Shown: positions 51,106 to 63,944 of the stretch, in pieces | Layout of the letters: every line of letters starts with the position of its first letter | Position numbering within the stretch: position 1 is the stretch's first letter | Position numbers and translations under genes: made by a program | Notes under the pieces: model-generated | Told to the model about the DNA's origin: nothing | Seen by the model: the letters and a program-made list of their open reading frames with translations, nothing else | Databases searched by the model: none | DNA from: Paraspadella gotoi | Lineage: Eukaryota > Animalia > Chaetognatha | Assembly: GCA_051294375.1 (NCBI GenBank) | Contig: CM119269.1 | Coordinates: forward strand, 7,019,552 to 7,083,551 | Direction of reading: 5' to 3' | Length of the DNA stretch: 64,000 nucleotides

Positions 51106-52982
51106 CTGGATTTATTCACCACACATTGAATAACTAAATAATTAAATAATCTCTAAATCTTGAATTGCCAGTAAAAAAAATCATTAAAATCAATTTCAAA
51201 AGTAAAATCAAAAGATTATTTAAAATTCGGTCCAGTTATATTAGTAGCCGTAATTCACGTCCGTAGTTGACTATAGGCCAACAAAAATATTTTGTGCAAT
51301 TACATTGTAATGTTCATAGTAGAAAGGGCAGAATGAACCTTTATCTTTAAGGTTGGTAACGCGGATTAGAATGAATAATTAAATTTCGTAAAAAGACCTC
51401 AGCAAAGATAACAAGGAATTCAAGAAAGATAAGAGAGAAAGAAAAAGAGAAAGAAAGGAGAGAAAAAGAAAGAAAAATCTTTAAAAGCATAAGGATCGAG
51501 CCAGCTTCGAATAGTTAAACGCAAATATTGATGCGAATGATAACCAAATATTGATGCGAGATAACCAAATATTGACGGCGATGATAACCAACTAATTGAT
51601 GCGATGATAACAAAATGGACTGATGTGATGATAATCAAAATGATTTGAAGCGTATATAGTCATTTATTGATATCAATGAATAATCATTCATTGATACGAG
51701 CTAGTCATGTCATTGGAATGCGATGATAGTAATATCATTGACGGCGATGAATCATTCATCGTAAAATAACACAAACAAATGCGTGTATGAGTGAAAGAGA
51801 GAGAGAGAGAGCAGAGAGAGAGAGAAGGCTGACAGTTTTCGCGCCGCCAACAGAAGACGAATTTATTAGGTCTCTCTCGTTTATATAAAAAATAATTCCA
51901 GAATTTTTAAGGAAAAAAGTAATGTTTAATTTGAACTATAATTCTCTCTCAACTCCCTATTATCAGATATAATTTGCCAATAGTGGGCCCAACCGTCCAA
52001 AGTTACAAATAATACATAAAAACGTGATGCATGCAATTATATTACAGCGATAGTGGCCGCATATATAATAGGTCCAATTAGCTTGATTACATGTGACAAT
52101 GCATGTCATTATAAGTTTATTCTTCACTTTTTTTAAAAATTATTCACGGAAATCTCGATGTAAAATTTGTGCATTTTGGGTATGAGAAAAAAGCCCCTGA
52201 ATAAATGGCGATAATAAAAGTTTTTAAGAAGGAAAAAACCATAATCATAATTTTTTCCAAAAAAGAAATCGATCACGCAAGAGAAGAGAGAGCCGGAACT
52301 AGTTTACTCGTATTACCCGCTCGTCGCCTAGTGACGGTGGTGAAAAAAAAAGTGAATAAAATTTTTTTTGGTAAAAAAAGAGAGAGAGTAGAGAGAGAGA
52401 GAGAACGAGAAACGCGCTTATTAGGTCATGCGCTTCCTTGACATTGTTTACTCGTTGCCCTTTATCGCAATCGGCCGACGACAAATCCAGGTCAAATCCA
52501 GGAAAAGAGATATAAAAAGCGTGGAATAATATTGGTGATAATAAAAGTTTTTTAGAAAGGAAGAAAAATAATCAGAGAGAGAGAGAGAGAAGAGAGAGAG
52601 AGAAAGAAAAGAAAAACCGAATTTCTTTCAATTAATACTCCGGTTTATCGTTGCCTCTCGCAAGGCGGCGTGATCTCGGTCAAAGTTGATCTTTTATAAC
52701 ACGTAACGTTTTTCCGTTGCCATCAAAACTGCGTTTTAGGTCATGTTCCTTGACATTGTTTACCTGTTCCCTCAACGGTCCACAGAAGTCCATGGTTCAA
52801 GGAACTAAACAGATGTTATTGCTATATTCACATTTTCTCATAAAAACAAACGCAAAATCCAGATATAAAATTATTGGGATTTTGTAATTGAAAAAAAGCG
52901 AGTCGGAAAATAATGGCCGATAAATAAAAGTTTTAGAAAGGAAATAAAATAATCAGATTTTTCAAAAAACGAAACGATCACG

Positions 52983-53842
52983 TAGGACTAAGCTCTGACA
53001 AACAAGGCCAGCAGGTTTTTATTTAATATACTTCTATACCGGCCAAGGTAGAAGATGGCAAAATATTGTTTAATTATTAAGTTCAAAAAAAATCCTACCA
53101 TAAAAATATCAGAAAATATCAACCAAAATCTTTCGGAAAAGTCACCCCTTCTTTGGAAGATGTTTGCCATATTGGAAGAATGTTTTACTGATCTGACTCC
53201 CTAGGTTGAAAACTTCTTATTTGAATTCCCGATCGTATAGCTCCTCTTTTTACTTTTAACTTTAAATAAAAATTTCACACAAAATGGACTAATATCACTT
53301 TCCCATGGTATGCGTATTCATACATAAATCGCATTCTCGATATGGACGTAGTCACGAATAAAGCTAGACCATAAATAAATAAGTCCGCCGTAGATGGATA
53401 TAAATTTTTGAGAGCCTTCAGACATAGGTATGGCATTCACCCTCGCTGACGCGTATGTCACCTCGTAATTTGAAGTTTATTTGTAAATTCACAACATATG
53501 TTAAATGTCGTGATCATTGTATTGAAGTTGAAGCAAAGGTCCTATATTGTTTTACAAGTAGATAGAGAAATTGCATAATCGAAAATATTGATGTCGCGAG
53601 CGGACCAGTTCCATTTAGAAGTCTGATGGTTTTGATGTCAAAATGATGGTTAGTTTTGTCAAAGAAGAAAAAAAAAATGCGAGCCCTTCAGATCAACCGG
53701 AATTCGGAATCGAGTGTTTACATCTATTTTTACCTGATTTTTCCAGCGGGCGTTGTTATCATTATTTGTAGTCAGATTTAACCGAAAAATCTCCATTTGA
53801 AAAAGTCTTCCTCTGATTTCTAAAGAACGACATAGACTCCTA
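52983..53842 (+). mobile_element. 7-bp-TSD MITE, degraded copy
   Basis: GATCACG|TAGGACTAAGC...TAGACTCCTA|GA(C)TCACG; empty site AAACGATCACGCAAAG at ~631-646. Confidence 0.75.
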
Positions 53843-56139
53843 GACTCACGCAAGGAAGATCGTAAGAGAGAAAGAGACAGAAAGAGAGAGAGAGAGAGAC
53901 AAAGAGAGACAAAGCTGGACAGCTGCTGGAAGGCCGGGGCTGTAAAGTCAACTGCAAGAGTCCTGAACTCGTCTATTTCTAAAAAGAAATATAATAATAT
54001 ACATTTAAAGAAATAAAAAGAAAGGCAAATCTGTTACAATTGTTTACAATTGGAAAATTGTTCCAATTTTTTTCCAATTTCGCAGCTTGTAAAAGATTTT
54101 TTTTTATTTGTATTAAAAATTAAAGATATAGCTTCTCATTAAGTATTTTGAGTTCCCATTTTTATTATAGGATTTAAAAATTTTTTTTTGAAATTTCATC
54201 TTCAAATATTATGATAATGCAATATGTAAATTAGATTAAAGCATTTCTATAGTACTAATTTGGATATTATAATGAGTACTAAATAATCTCATTGCATATT
54301 GCAGTAAATCAAATGAAGTGGAAATTTAAACAAAAAACTTATCCTAATATATTAAAAATAATCAAAGCTATTTCAAGATGTAAGGAAGCCATAATCTAAA
54401 TTTTTTACTATACTATGATCGCACACTTTTGTAAAACTTTATCATAATTCATAATAATATTATTTTAAAAAAATGGTAAGTCCAACCCACCTATAAAAGA
54501 CGTAGTAGTTTTTATATAAAAATAGCGTGACGCCGACGACGAACCGACGAACGACGTTACAAAAGAAAGGCAATACCTAAAACATTATAGAGCCCTGAAC
54601 CGGCTCGGCCGGTCATGGCTCGATAAAAAAGAGAGATAGAAAGAATAAATGAAAGTGTGACTTTTTAAAAGAGTGAGAGGGTGACAGAAATCGTTCAAGA
54701 ATTATCGATAAGGGAGAAAAAATGAAAGCAGAAAGATCAACTATGAGTGGAGCTATAACAGTGGTTGCAACGTTTGACTAATTATAATAAATTTAGAATT
54801 GAAGTAAAAATTTGTTTTGTTGACGGACAATGAATTTTTTTTATTTTTACGTTTTTTTTCTCTGAAAATAAAACAATTGATAGCGCTGTCAAACAAAAAA
54901 AAAATAAATTAATTCTAATTTTTAACCGCGAAAAAAATAGCACGAAAGAACAATGTCTTATCAATAAAATTATAACATCGATTTATAACTCATTTTTCAC
55001 ATAAGGAAAACACAGAAGTGAGCAGAAATCGAGAGCCTTCCAAAAATTTAAAGCTTTCGACTAAACAGAAGGAAGTAGGCGTGTTTTATTAAGGGAAGAA
55101 ATAGGAAGGAGTTTTATTAGACATAGAACGCGTTAGGAATGATGATAATTAATGTACAGAAATATGTAGATTATGCAGAGGAGCAGGCAATAAACAATAT
55201 AACAAATAGTCCATAAAGAGTTTGATGTTTGTTTCTTGAAGGTAAGTTGAAGAGTCCCCATCTAGTCCCCTCTCATCGTTTCTCTGCGTCGGTTTCCTGA
55301 GGGAAAGCCTCCTCTCTGATTGGCTCAACAGAAGACCAGTGGCGGCGCCAATACATGTAAATCCGCTTTCAAGGGCTTAAGCTGACTGTACTGGTGGAAC
55401 TAATAATATTTGATACTTGAGAAAATTTTTTTAACTTGCATCAATTTTAGGATTAATAAAACCCGTAAGGTAAATGAGGAAATTGAATAAAATATGGGTT
55501 GTTGATTTAAAGAAGAAAAAGTGTAATGAAGTCTTAAAATAGAATATTGCTTGAATAGCCATAGTCAATGTCAGTTTGTGCGGGTAATAGTCATTGAAGG
55601 ATTCGAATCCCAACAAATTCTAATCAAAGTACAGTGAAAAATAAACGCAACTCCCAATCAAAACCACCGCACAGGGCTCCAAAACTCTAGCGTTAGTTTA
55701 GTGTGAGTACATATCTATATGTTTAATACTATATATATGAAAAAGGTATGAGAAAAATTTTTTTAGATGAGCATTATTATAACATTTTATAAAAGATAAC
55801 ATTTTAAAATACATAATTAAATATACGGAATATATTTAAATGCTGTACATTTTAAAGATTGTTAATCTATCATTAGGAGAGAGATGTGGACGCGATCCGG
55901 AAAAGCGTAAGCGAACACTGTTGAAGCGGCCGATTTTTGAAGAACCCGAAACCGGGAGGCGATAGAAAAAAATTTGAGAATAAAGGATTGAAACCCGGAA
56001 GCTAATAATAACCTCTGCGTGTTCGTCCTGGTCATATTGTTTTTTATTTGTTAGAAATGAAAGGTATTTAATGTTATTGCAAAATCTTGACTGCTCTTTC
56101 TTGATTTTTCTTTTAAAAATTTGTTTTAAATATTTATTT

Positions 56140-57428
56140 CACGGTAGGGGCAAGAGAGGATGTGAAAGAAGACAAAAAAAGTGCATCTCTGAAACCTATA
56201 AAATCTAAAGTATACCCATGAGACACTTTTTGGTGGATAGGTCAGTAAAACGATAAAGGCAGGTTTTTTTTTTTTAAACATTTTTTTAATAAAAAAAATT
56301 TTGGCAAACAATAAACAATTCCTAAAAATTTTAAGTAGTTTTAATGGAATATGCTTACAATTTGAATGTCTATATGTCTGTCATTATCCTCAAAACATAA
56401 GCTTTAATTTGAAACCACCCAAACTTCTATTACTATTTTGCTATTGAAATATAAGTAAAAATTAATATTTTTTTTTTTCAAAAGATTAATCAAATTAATA
56501 CCATTGAACAGATTATTTCTTTAAAATAAAATACAAAATATGTTCTCAAAATACATTTTCTAACTTATTAGGCTTAAAAATAAGTTTTTTTGTTTAATTA
56601 ATAATAATTTTAGAAAAAAATATAAAAACTTTAAAATAAAAGAGAGTTTTAAAAAATATTAATATATAGTCTATAATTAAGTATTAAAGTTAAATCATTA
56701 TGTTTATTAATATTATTTAACAATATTTTTGTCTATAATAATATTTATCAAATATTGAGTGATTATTATTATAATATAATTTATTGAATAAATTTTTTTG
56801 TTGATAAATAATAATATATAATGATACTTTTTAAAGCTGGATAGATTTGATTAAAGTGCTCAAACTAATATTTCTGTTATTTATTTGAGATTAAGTTTTA
56901 ATCAAATATCACATATTTTTCTTAAAAAAATAAAATTATCTGTATTATTTATTTTTTAATAATTAATTTATATCAATTTTTTTTTAAATTTGTTTTTAGG
57001 GCTAAATTAAGTAGAACTGCATTTTGAGACCTATTGTACTTTTATTTTTAAAAAAAGAATCCGTTTGAAAAAACTGATTGATTATTATTTTTTTTTTAAA
57101 TTATGATTTTTACTTATAAATTCAATTAACAAAAAAATCCGTAAAAATTGGGAAGAGGTCTGCAAATTAAAGCTTATGCTCTGTAGATAATGATAGATGT
57201 ATGAACATTAAAATTGTAAGCATTTTCACTAAAACTATTTAAAAAATTTTATAAAAAAATTAAAAAAACTTTAAGTGAGCACTTTTAAAAAAAACCTACC
57301 TCTTATCGAATTTTACTGACCACTACTTAACGTGTCTCATGGGTAAGTTGGGTATCTTTAAGATTTTATAGTTTCAGATTGATGCACTTTTTTTTGTTTC
57401 TTTCACAATCCTCCTGCCCTTTCTTGTG
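56140..57428. mobile_element. Transib-like MITE with ~270-bp inverted arms, 5-bp TSD TATTT
   Basis: TATTT|CACGGTAGGGG...CTTGTG|TATTT; arms 56140-56412 and 57163-57428; a left-arm copy starts at 42234. Confidence 0.65.
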
Positions 57429-58099
57429 TATTTTCAACATTTTTAAAATTGTTTGCTCCTAATTTTTTTTTTTTTCAATTTTTCTTATTCCTCTTCTTTT
57501 ATTTTTTTTCTTTTTATTCTTTTTTTCCCTCTTGTCGAGAAAATCTATGGAAAAAAAAAAAAAAAATATTTTACAAATAATTTTTATTTTTTTTAAATTA
57601 TTCTTTTAATAATTTAAATAAAAATCTGAGCTAAAAAAACGATTCTTTCTATCTGAACAATAACTGTAAATTAAGTTAAATTAAAAATTAAAATTAACTT
57701 TTTAATTCTTATAAATCTTAAAAATTTATTTCTTATATTTTATTATTTTTCTTTAAAATTTAAGTCTCTTTCTTTTAATCCATAACCGTTTTTCATGTTA
57801 CAAACCAAGTTTAAAACAAAAGGATTTGATCTGTTTTATTGCAATATTGCAAAATATTATGCTTATACATACTTAAATCTCTAACCACACACTCTCTCTC
57901 TATCTTCTTTCTTTTTCCTCCTTGCACTGAACAAAAAAGCAAATTAAAAAAATATATAAAAAAATAAATCAAAATTATTAATAAACAAGTTTGAAGCAAA
58001 CAATGCGGATCTGCCACGATCATAGCGGTAATATAAAATTGATTAATTAATTGAATAAAATAAATTAATTTAAGTAATTACATATAATTAATTAAAATA

Positions 58100-59460
58100 A
58101 ATAACCATCAAGATAAAAATTCCCAGACCGAACACTTCGGAGCCGTCTATTGGGGCGGCCTGTGCAGGGAAGGGCAACCACCCTGCACAGCAAATACGTG
58201 GCGAGACAGGAAAGGTCTCTGTCAGATCGGTTCAAACAGCACACAAAAGCCATATCGGGACGCCACTGAGTGGTCATACTTATCGGCTATTGCTGAGCAC
58301 AGCGCGACAGCCAACCTCCCCGCCATCCTGTTCAGAGAAACTGACTGTCTCGTGCGTGTCCCATGAGCGCGAAAACTGGTTTTCACTAGAGTATTAGATG
58401 AGGCGATTTACATCAAAGCCTCGAGCCCTCTCTGAATCGTGATGGATGTGAGCGATTCGATCCTCCCTCCAAGATTATGATTCGCTAATTAAAATGGAGG
58501 TGGAACGCCCAGCAACCACCCCACCGCACGGTGATTCCCACTGTTCCCCACTCAACGGTCAGACGGAGCCTCCCACAGCAATGGAACGCACGATCCTCTC
58601 CCAAACCTGCAGCACCTTGGTGTGAAGCTCTTCTCCACAACAGCTGAGCGTCGCCCAAAACGACGGCTGCAGGAGGAGGGAGAGAGTCTGTATCACTGCA
58701 GCAAAGCAAGGCCAGAAAACAGGCATTTGCCCGTCCTATGCCGTCAGGCGAAGAGGAGGGACTTCGGCAGCTTTATTCAAGGCCAGAGGGATATCAGAGT
58801 GTGCATTGGGTCATTTTTCCAGGCGGCCTCGCTTACCAAGTCCTGGACATTCGATCCATGACGATACCTCTCAGCCCAATGACAAGTCAATAACCCGATC
58901 ATGATCATCAAACTCCTGTTTTGCAGGCGGGGGGGGGGGGCAGCTCATTTTGAGCTCTTTATTTTCCTAATTCTACAACTTAGCTATCCCAACCTACAAT
59001 TCTCCTTTTCTCTTCCTTATTCAATCTTAATTAACAAACTAGTTAAAATATTCTCAGTTAAATCTAACTAGTTTAAGCATAAGTATATTAATTTATTGAA
59101 TTATTTTATTCCTTTATCTCTTTGTTGTATCATTACAAAATGAAATATTTTCTCTCTCTCCTTGTCTCTTCATTTCACTATTCAACAATTTCACCACTTT
59201 CTCTCCTTCTTCTCTCTCCTTACCTTAACCTGTCCATCAATCTGACCACTGTCCTTATTCACTTTGTTGGAAGCTTTATCTCTCTCTCTCTGTCCCTCTC
59301 TCTCTCTCTCAATCTCTTCTCTTCTCTTCTCTCTCTCTGACTCAATTGTTATAGAAAAAATTTGCCTGATTATTCTAACGCTGATTGAAGGCTTATACTT
59401 AAAGGCCAGAACATGTCCTATGTAAAAGATAAATCGTTTGTAACATAACAAATGAACTTG
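58100..59460 (+). mobile_element. 5'-truncated Penelope-like element: GIY-YIG endonuclease remnant, 3' region and pLTR
   Basis: Across frameshifts: GAVYW..CAGKGNHPCTAKYVGETGRSLSDRFKQH...SAIAEH...EAIYIKASSPSLNRDG; pLTR with a degenerate hammerhead. Confidence 0.8.
59381..59417 (+). ncRNA. Degenerate hammerhead ribozyme
   Basis: CTGATTGAAGGCTT atactt AAAGGCC AGAACATGTC; core altered by indels in a low-quality region. Confidence 0.55.
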
Positions 59461-59697
59461 TCTTCTCTAATAATAACATCGACCATTTGGGAGTCTCAAA
59501 ATGATTGAACAAAGACAACGCGATGAACATCAATGACAAAACGTACAACGAAAGTCTTTGGTACTTTGTGAGCCGTAGTACAGTAGTGATCAAATAAGTA
59601 ATGACCTGATCCTCAATCTGATGAGATCCTTTTTCTCAGCCTAATGTAAATACTAAGTTGTTGTTGTTTATTAATTTTTATCATTTTTTACTTTTTC

Positions 59698-59722
59698 NNN
59701 NNNNNNNNNNNNNNNNNNNNNN
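59698..59722. other. Assembly gap (25 N)
   Basis: N run; the following sequence repeats ~48157-48250. Confidence 1.
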
Positions 59723-59820
59723 TTTTTTGTAGTAAAAACAAAAGTTATTTATATATTCTAGTTGCCTTAAAAATCCAGCTTTAATTTAATCAAAATTGAA
59801 AAAATAAAATTTTAAAATAT

Positions 59821-61692
59821 ACCAAGCCTTCCGTTCAACTCTGTGCCTCTCCCTAACCCTAACCCGGGCTCAGCCTCCCGTACATCTCCAGTGCCTCAAC
59901 CCTAACCCTAACCGCCTTGATGCATCAACCACGGGCCCCTCCCCCAACCCTAACCCTAAACCAAGCCTTCCCGTTCAACTCTGTGCCCTCTCCCTAACCC
60001 TAACCAGGCCCAGCCTCCCGTACATCTCCGTGCCTCAACCCTAACCCTAACCGCTTCGATGATCAACCATGGGTCCTCCCGCAACCCTAACCCTAAACCA
60101 AGCCTCCCGTTCAACTCCATGCCTCTCCCCTAACCCTAAACCCAGGCCGGCCTCCGGTACATCTCCGTACCTCACCTCTAACCCTAATGCCGTTCTGATA
60201 TATAACAAGGGCCTCTCTCCATCAACCCTAACCCTAAACCGGCAGCCTGCTCGTTCACTCCACCTCAATCCCTACCCTAATGCCTCGATATAAACCCAGC
60301 CGGGGCCTCTCTCTACTGCTCAACCCTAACCGCTAACCGCGTGATAACCCAGGCTCTCGCCCATCCACTAAGGGCAGCTCGGTACATCTCGCGTGCCTCA
60401 CCTATCTAATTCCTGCCCATACACGCGGGCTCTTGGTCATCAACAACACCCTCCCCTACCCTATCCCTAAGAATTGGACAATTAATAATAAGCCTAAATA
60501 AAACTTAACTTTACAACCTACGAACCCTAACCCAACCTAACCCTAAACTATCAACCCTAACCCTAACTACTCAACGCCTAACCGGCTAACTACTACCTAC
60601 TCAACCCTAACCCTAAACCAACTCAACCTAACCCTAACCCTAATCTGAGTTTATTTTAGGCGAAATCGCCATAACTAGAACGCTAGATGTAGTTCAGTGC
60701 GAAATCGCCATTTTGCTTAACCCTAACCCTAACCTACACTACTCAACCCTAAACCCTACCTAACTCAAAATCCAAACATATCTACTAAAACTACTCAACC
60801 CTAACCCTAAAACACAATTTGTAAACTCTCTAACGCCTAACCCATGCTTTGGATAACGATATTCAACCCTAACCCTCGAGAATCTCATAACGTCAAGCTA
60901 AAAAATGCATTTGTAAACTCTCAAACCCTAACCCTAACTCAAAAATCCAAACATATCTACTAAAAACTACTCAACCCTAACCCTAAAACACCAATTTGTA
61001 AACTCTCTAACCCTAACCCATGCTTTGATAACGATATTCAACCCTAACCTCGAGAATCTCATACGTCAAGCTAAAAATGCCATTTGTAAACTCTCAAACC
61101 CTAACCCTAACTCAAAAAACTCAATACGTCCCTTATTTTTATGTTTTGTAAACTCTTCAACCCTAACCCTAGCTAAAAAACGCGTTTGTAAACTCCCTAC
61201 CCTAACCCTAACTCGAAAAACTTAATACGTCCTTATTTTTATATTTTGTAAACTCTTCAACCCTAACCCTAGCTAAAAAACGCGTTTGTAAACTCCCAAA
61301 CCCTAACCCTAACTAAAAAAATTCAATATGTCCATATTTTTATATTTTGTAAACTCTTCAACCCTAACCCTAGCTAAAAACGCGTTTGTAAACTCCTAAC
61401 CCTAACCTAACTCGAAAACTCAATACGTCCTTATTTTTATATTTTGTAAACTCTTCAACCCTAAACCCTAGCTAAAAACGCGTTTGTAAACTCCCTAACC
61501 CTAACCTAAACTCGAAAAACTCAATACGTCCTTATTTTTATATTTTGTAAACTCTTCAACCCTAACCCTAGCCAGAATCTCATACATTGTATTTATTTTC
61601 ATTTAAATATCAACGTAAACTGCTAAACCCTAACCCTGTAGTTCAAATATTAGTATTTTTTACCGTGTGTAAACTGCTCAACCCTAACCCGT
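59821..61692 (+). repeat. Compound satellites punctuated by (CCCTAA)2 telomere-type motifs
   Basis: ~128-bp GC-rich unit of three ~42-bp subunits (59821-60420), CCCTAA-rich linker (60500-60760), then ~95-bp AT-rich dimeric units (61080-61570); almost every subunit ends in AACCCTAACCCTA. Confidence 0.9.
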
Positions 61693-62184
61693 AGTACAAA
61701 TATTACTATTTTTGATTTCGTAGTACTTTCTTTGTTGCCTACCCGTGTGCACGCCTAAAATCGGCCTGTACGAGGTTCCAACGCAATAGGATCCTATGTT
61801 AAACGCCTTTCATTGTTTGGCTCCGCGGACAAAAATTTTTTCTCCCTAAACAGAGGTTCTTTATATATTTGGGGAATGGGTCTGGCTTTTTCTGGAAATT
61901 TGAGTGTCTCACCTACCCTTATAAGAGAGCCTCTTTAACGTTATTCCTATTGGGTTGGAACCTCGTAGTGAATCGAATTTCCTATGTGTAGAGGCAGGCA
62001 GCGGGTATCGGCGCCCGAGCCGTGGCTGGGACTGAGAGCCATCGTTGTCTGCGTCGTCTTTGATCGCCCGGGAGACGGGCATTGGTCTTGACCGTCACGC
62101 CTCCTCGCCAGGATATCCGGGTAGGAGGGGGCAACGACGGGCACGGTCTTTTGGTAGACCATGATGGTTCTTTCGGCGGTCACC

Positions 62185-62935
62185 GGCGACCGTCGACCGC
62201 AGATTTGAGATTCCCGCCGCTGATCGAGGCTGCGCTGGCCGGGCAACGGTCACGATACGATAGACGGATTTTTCGGCGATCCCCGGCGATCGTCGACTGC
62301 AGATTTGAGATTCCCGCGGTTGATCGAGGCAAGCGGAGACGGAGACCGGTGTTTAAAAAAATTGGTGCATGCGTGGGATTCGATCCGTGATTCGCCGTGA
62401 CTCCGTCAGGGCGATCACGGGGGAAAATTTCATGAAACGGTGAACGTCAGACCCGAGTTCGTTCGCTCGTGCTCATTTACGGGTAACGGGGATGTCGTAG
62501 GTTAAGAGAAAAGTCGCGGGCCCATGCCTTTTCTCTGTCCCGCGCCGTCGCCAATTATTCGTATATAAATAAGCGCGGGTATCGAACCTGTGACTCGCCG
62601 TGACTCCGTCAGGGCGAATCGCTTCTCTAAGGGAGAAATCTAGGCGATAGGCGATCGGCGATCGGCGATCGGCTCCCTCGCCGAATTTTCTTCCAATTAC
62701 GGGTAACGGAGATGACGTAGGTTACGGGAAAAGTCGCGGCCAAGGCTTTTCTCAATGTCCCGCGCCGTCGCCAATTATTCGTATTTAAATAAGCGCGGAG
62801 GAGGAACCTGTGACTCGCCGTGACTCCGTCAGGGCAAATCGCGGGGGTAAAAAAATATATAAAATATTTTTAAAAAAGTCGTGCATGCTCGGGAATCGAA
62901 CCCGTGACTCGCCGTGACTCCGTCAGGGTGATCCC
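62185..62935. repeat. GC-rich direct-repeat array upstream of the zinc-finger ORF
   Basis: Two 100-bp-period repeats (GCAGATTTGAGATTCCCGC), four copies of GTGACTCGCCGTGACTCCGTCAGGG, and two ~145-bp repeats at 62477 and 62697. Confidence 0.8.
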
Positions 62936-63590
62936 GGAGAAAATTTCAGGCCCGAGCGAGCACGGTCGGGAGCGGAATGAAAAAAAGTAGTTCCGTCGGC
63001 CTTCGGTGAACATCGGACCCGGGTTCATTCGCTCGTTAACCGAAAAGTCAAATAATGCTAAAATATGACAAAAATACCCGCGAACGATGGAAAAGCCCGG
63101 TAAAAATGTCGGATACACACATGTTTCGGGACTGGGTTCTCTCGTTCATGCGCCGCCATTTTGTATTCATCCGCGAATCATTTCCCAGTAATAATAAAGA
63201 ACGGCAAGGAAATAGAGGACGGTAAAGGACGGAATAGTGCAAAAAGCACGAAAAAACGCTAAATGTTGGAATGAAAGCCTTATACTCGGCCGCGGGGTCG
63301 ATCTCGGTCTCGTCTTGGTCTCGGTCGGGGAAAAAAAAGGATGGGAAAGCGCGAAAAAGCGCGAATATAGAACGAAAGTCAAATGGCCCCGGTGTCGGTC
63401 TCGATCATCGGGAAGGGAAAAAACGGACGGTAAAGTCAGCCTAAGGTTTCACGCGGGTGACCTTATAAAAATTCGTTTCTCTACCGTGACCTGAGAAGCG
63501 AATAAGCCAGGCAGTAATTGACCATAGTTCACGGTAGGCTATGAGCGATCTCGCAGCAAGGGGATCGATCATTTTGTGTTTTTGCTAACT

Positions 63591-63944
63591 ATGGATCATT
63601 TTACTTGCCTCGAATGTAACAAAAATTACCCACGAGAAACCCGCGGGAAAGGAATAACATGGGCAAAATCCGCGAACGAAAAATGGGTAAAAATTCGCTG
63701 TGGGAAAGAGACTGCTTACCCGTGTCCTAAAAATGAATGCAATGGTTGCAGCGCAACCTATGCACGACTTCGTGAACACTTTTGGAACACGCACGGGTTC
63801 CGAATGACGACGCTTTCAACTACGGAGGGAGAGGACCTTCGCAGGCGCGCAAGACAAAAACTGTGCGCTATTCTTGATGGAAAAAACTGGCCCGATGCCC
63901 CTGCATCGCCCGCTAATGAGATCCCACGAGCCCGGAGAAAATAA
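63591..63944 (+). CDS. C2H2 zinc-finger ORF, possibly the N-terminus of a retroelement protein that continues past the window
   Basis: YPCPKNECNGCSATYARLREHFWNTH = C-x4-C-x12-H-x4-H; also FTCLEC near the start; another frame stays open from ~63935 to the window end. Confidence 0.55.
   Translation: MDHFTCLECNKNYPRETRGKGITWAKSANEKWVKIRCGKETAYPCPKNECNGCSATYARLREHFWNTHGFRMTTLSTTEGEDLRRRARQKLCAILDGKNWPDAPASPANEIPRARRK

Noticed and set aside
46300-55060. Programmed genome rearrangement or scrambling to explain the mosaic of repeated fragments
   Set aside because: The junctions I could resolve are explained by TE insertions with TSDs or empty sites, plus redundant low-quality haplotype sequence.
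60500-60760. True chromosome end
   Set aside because: No uninterrupted (CCCTAA)n tract, and sequence continues on both sides.
61930-63590. rDNA or rRNA because of high GC content
   Set aside because: No conserved 18S, 5.8S, 28S or 5S motifs were recognised.
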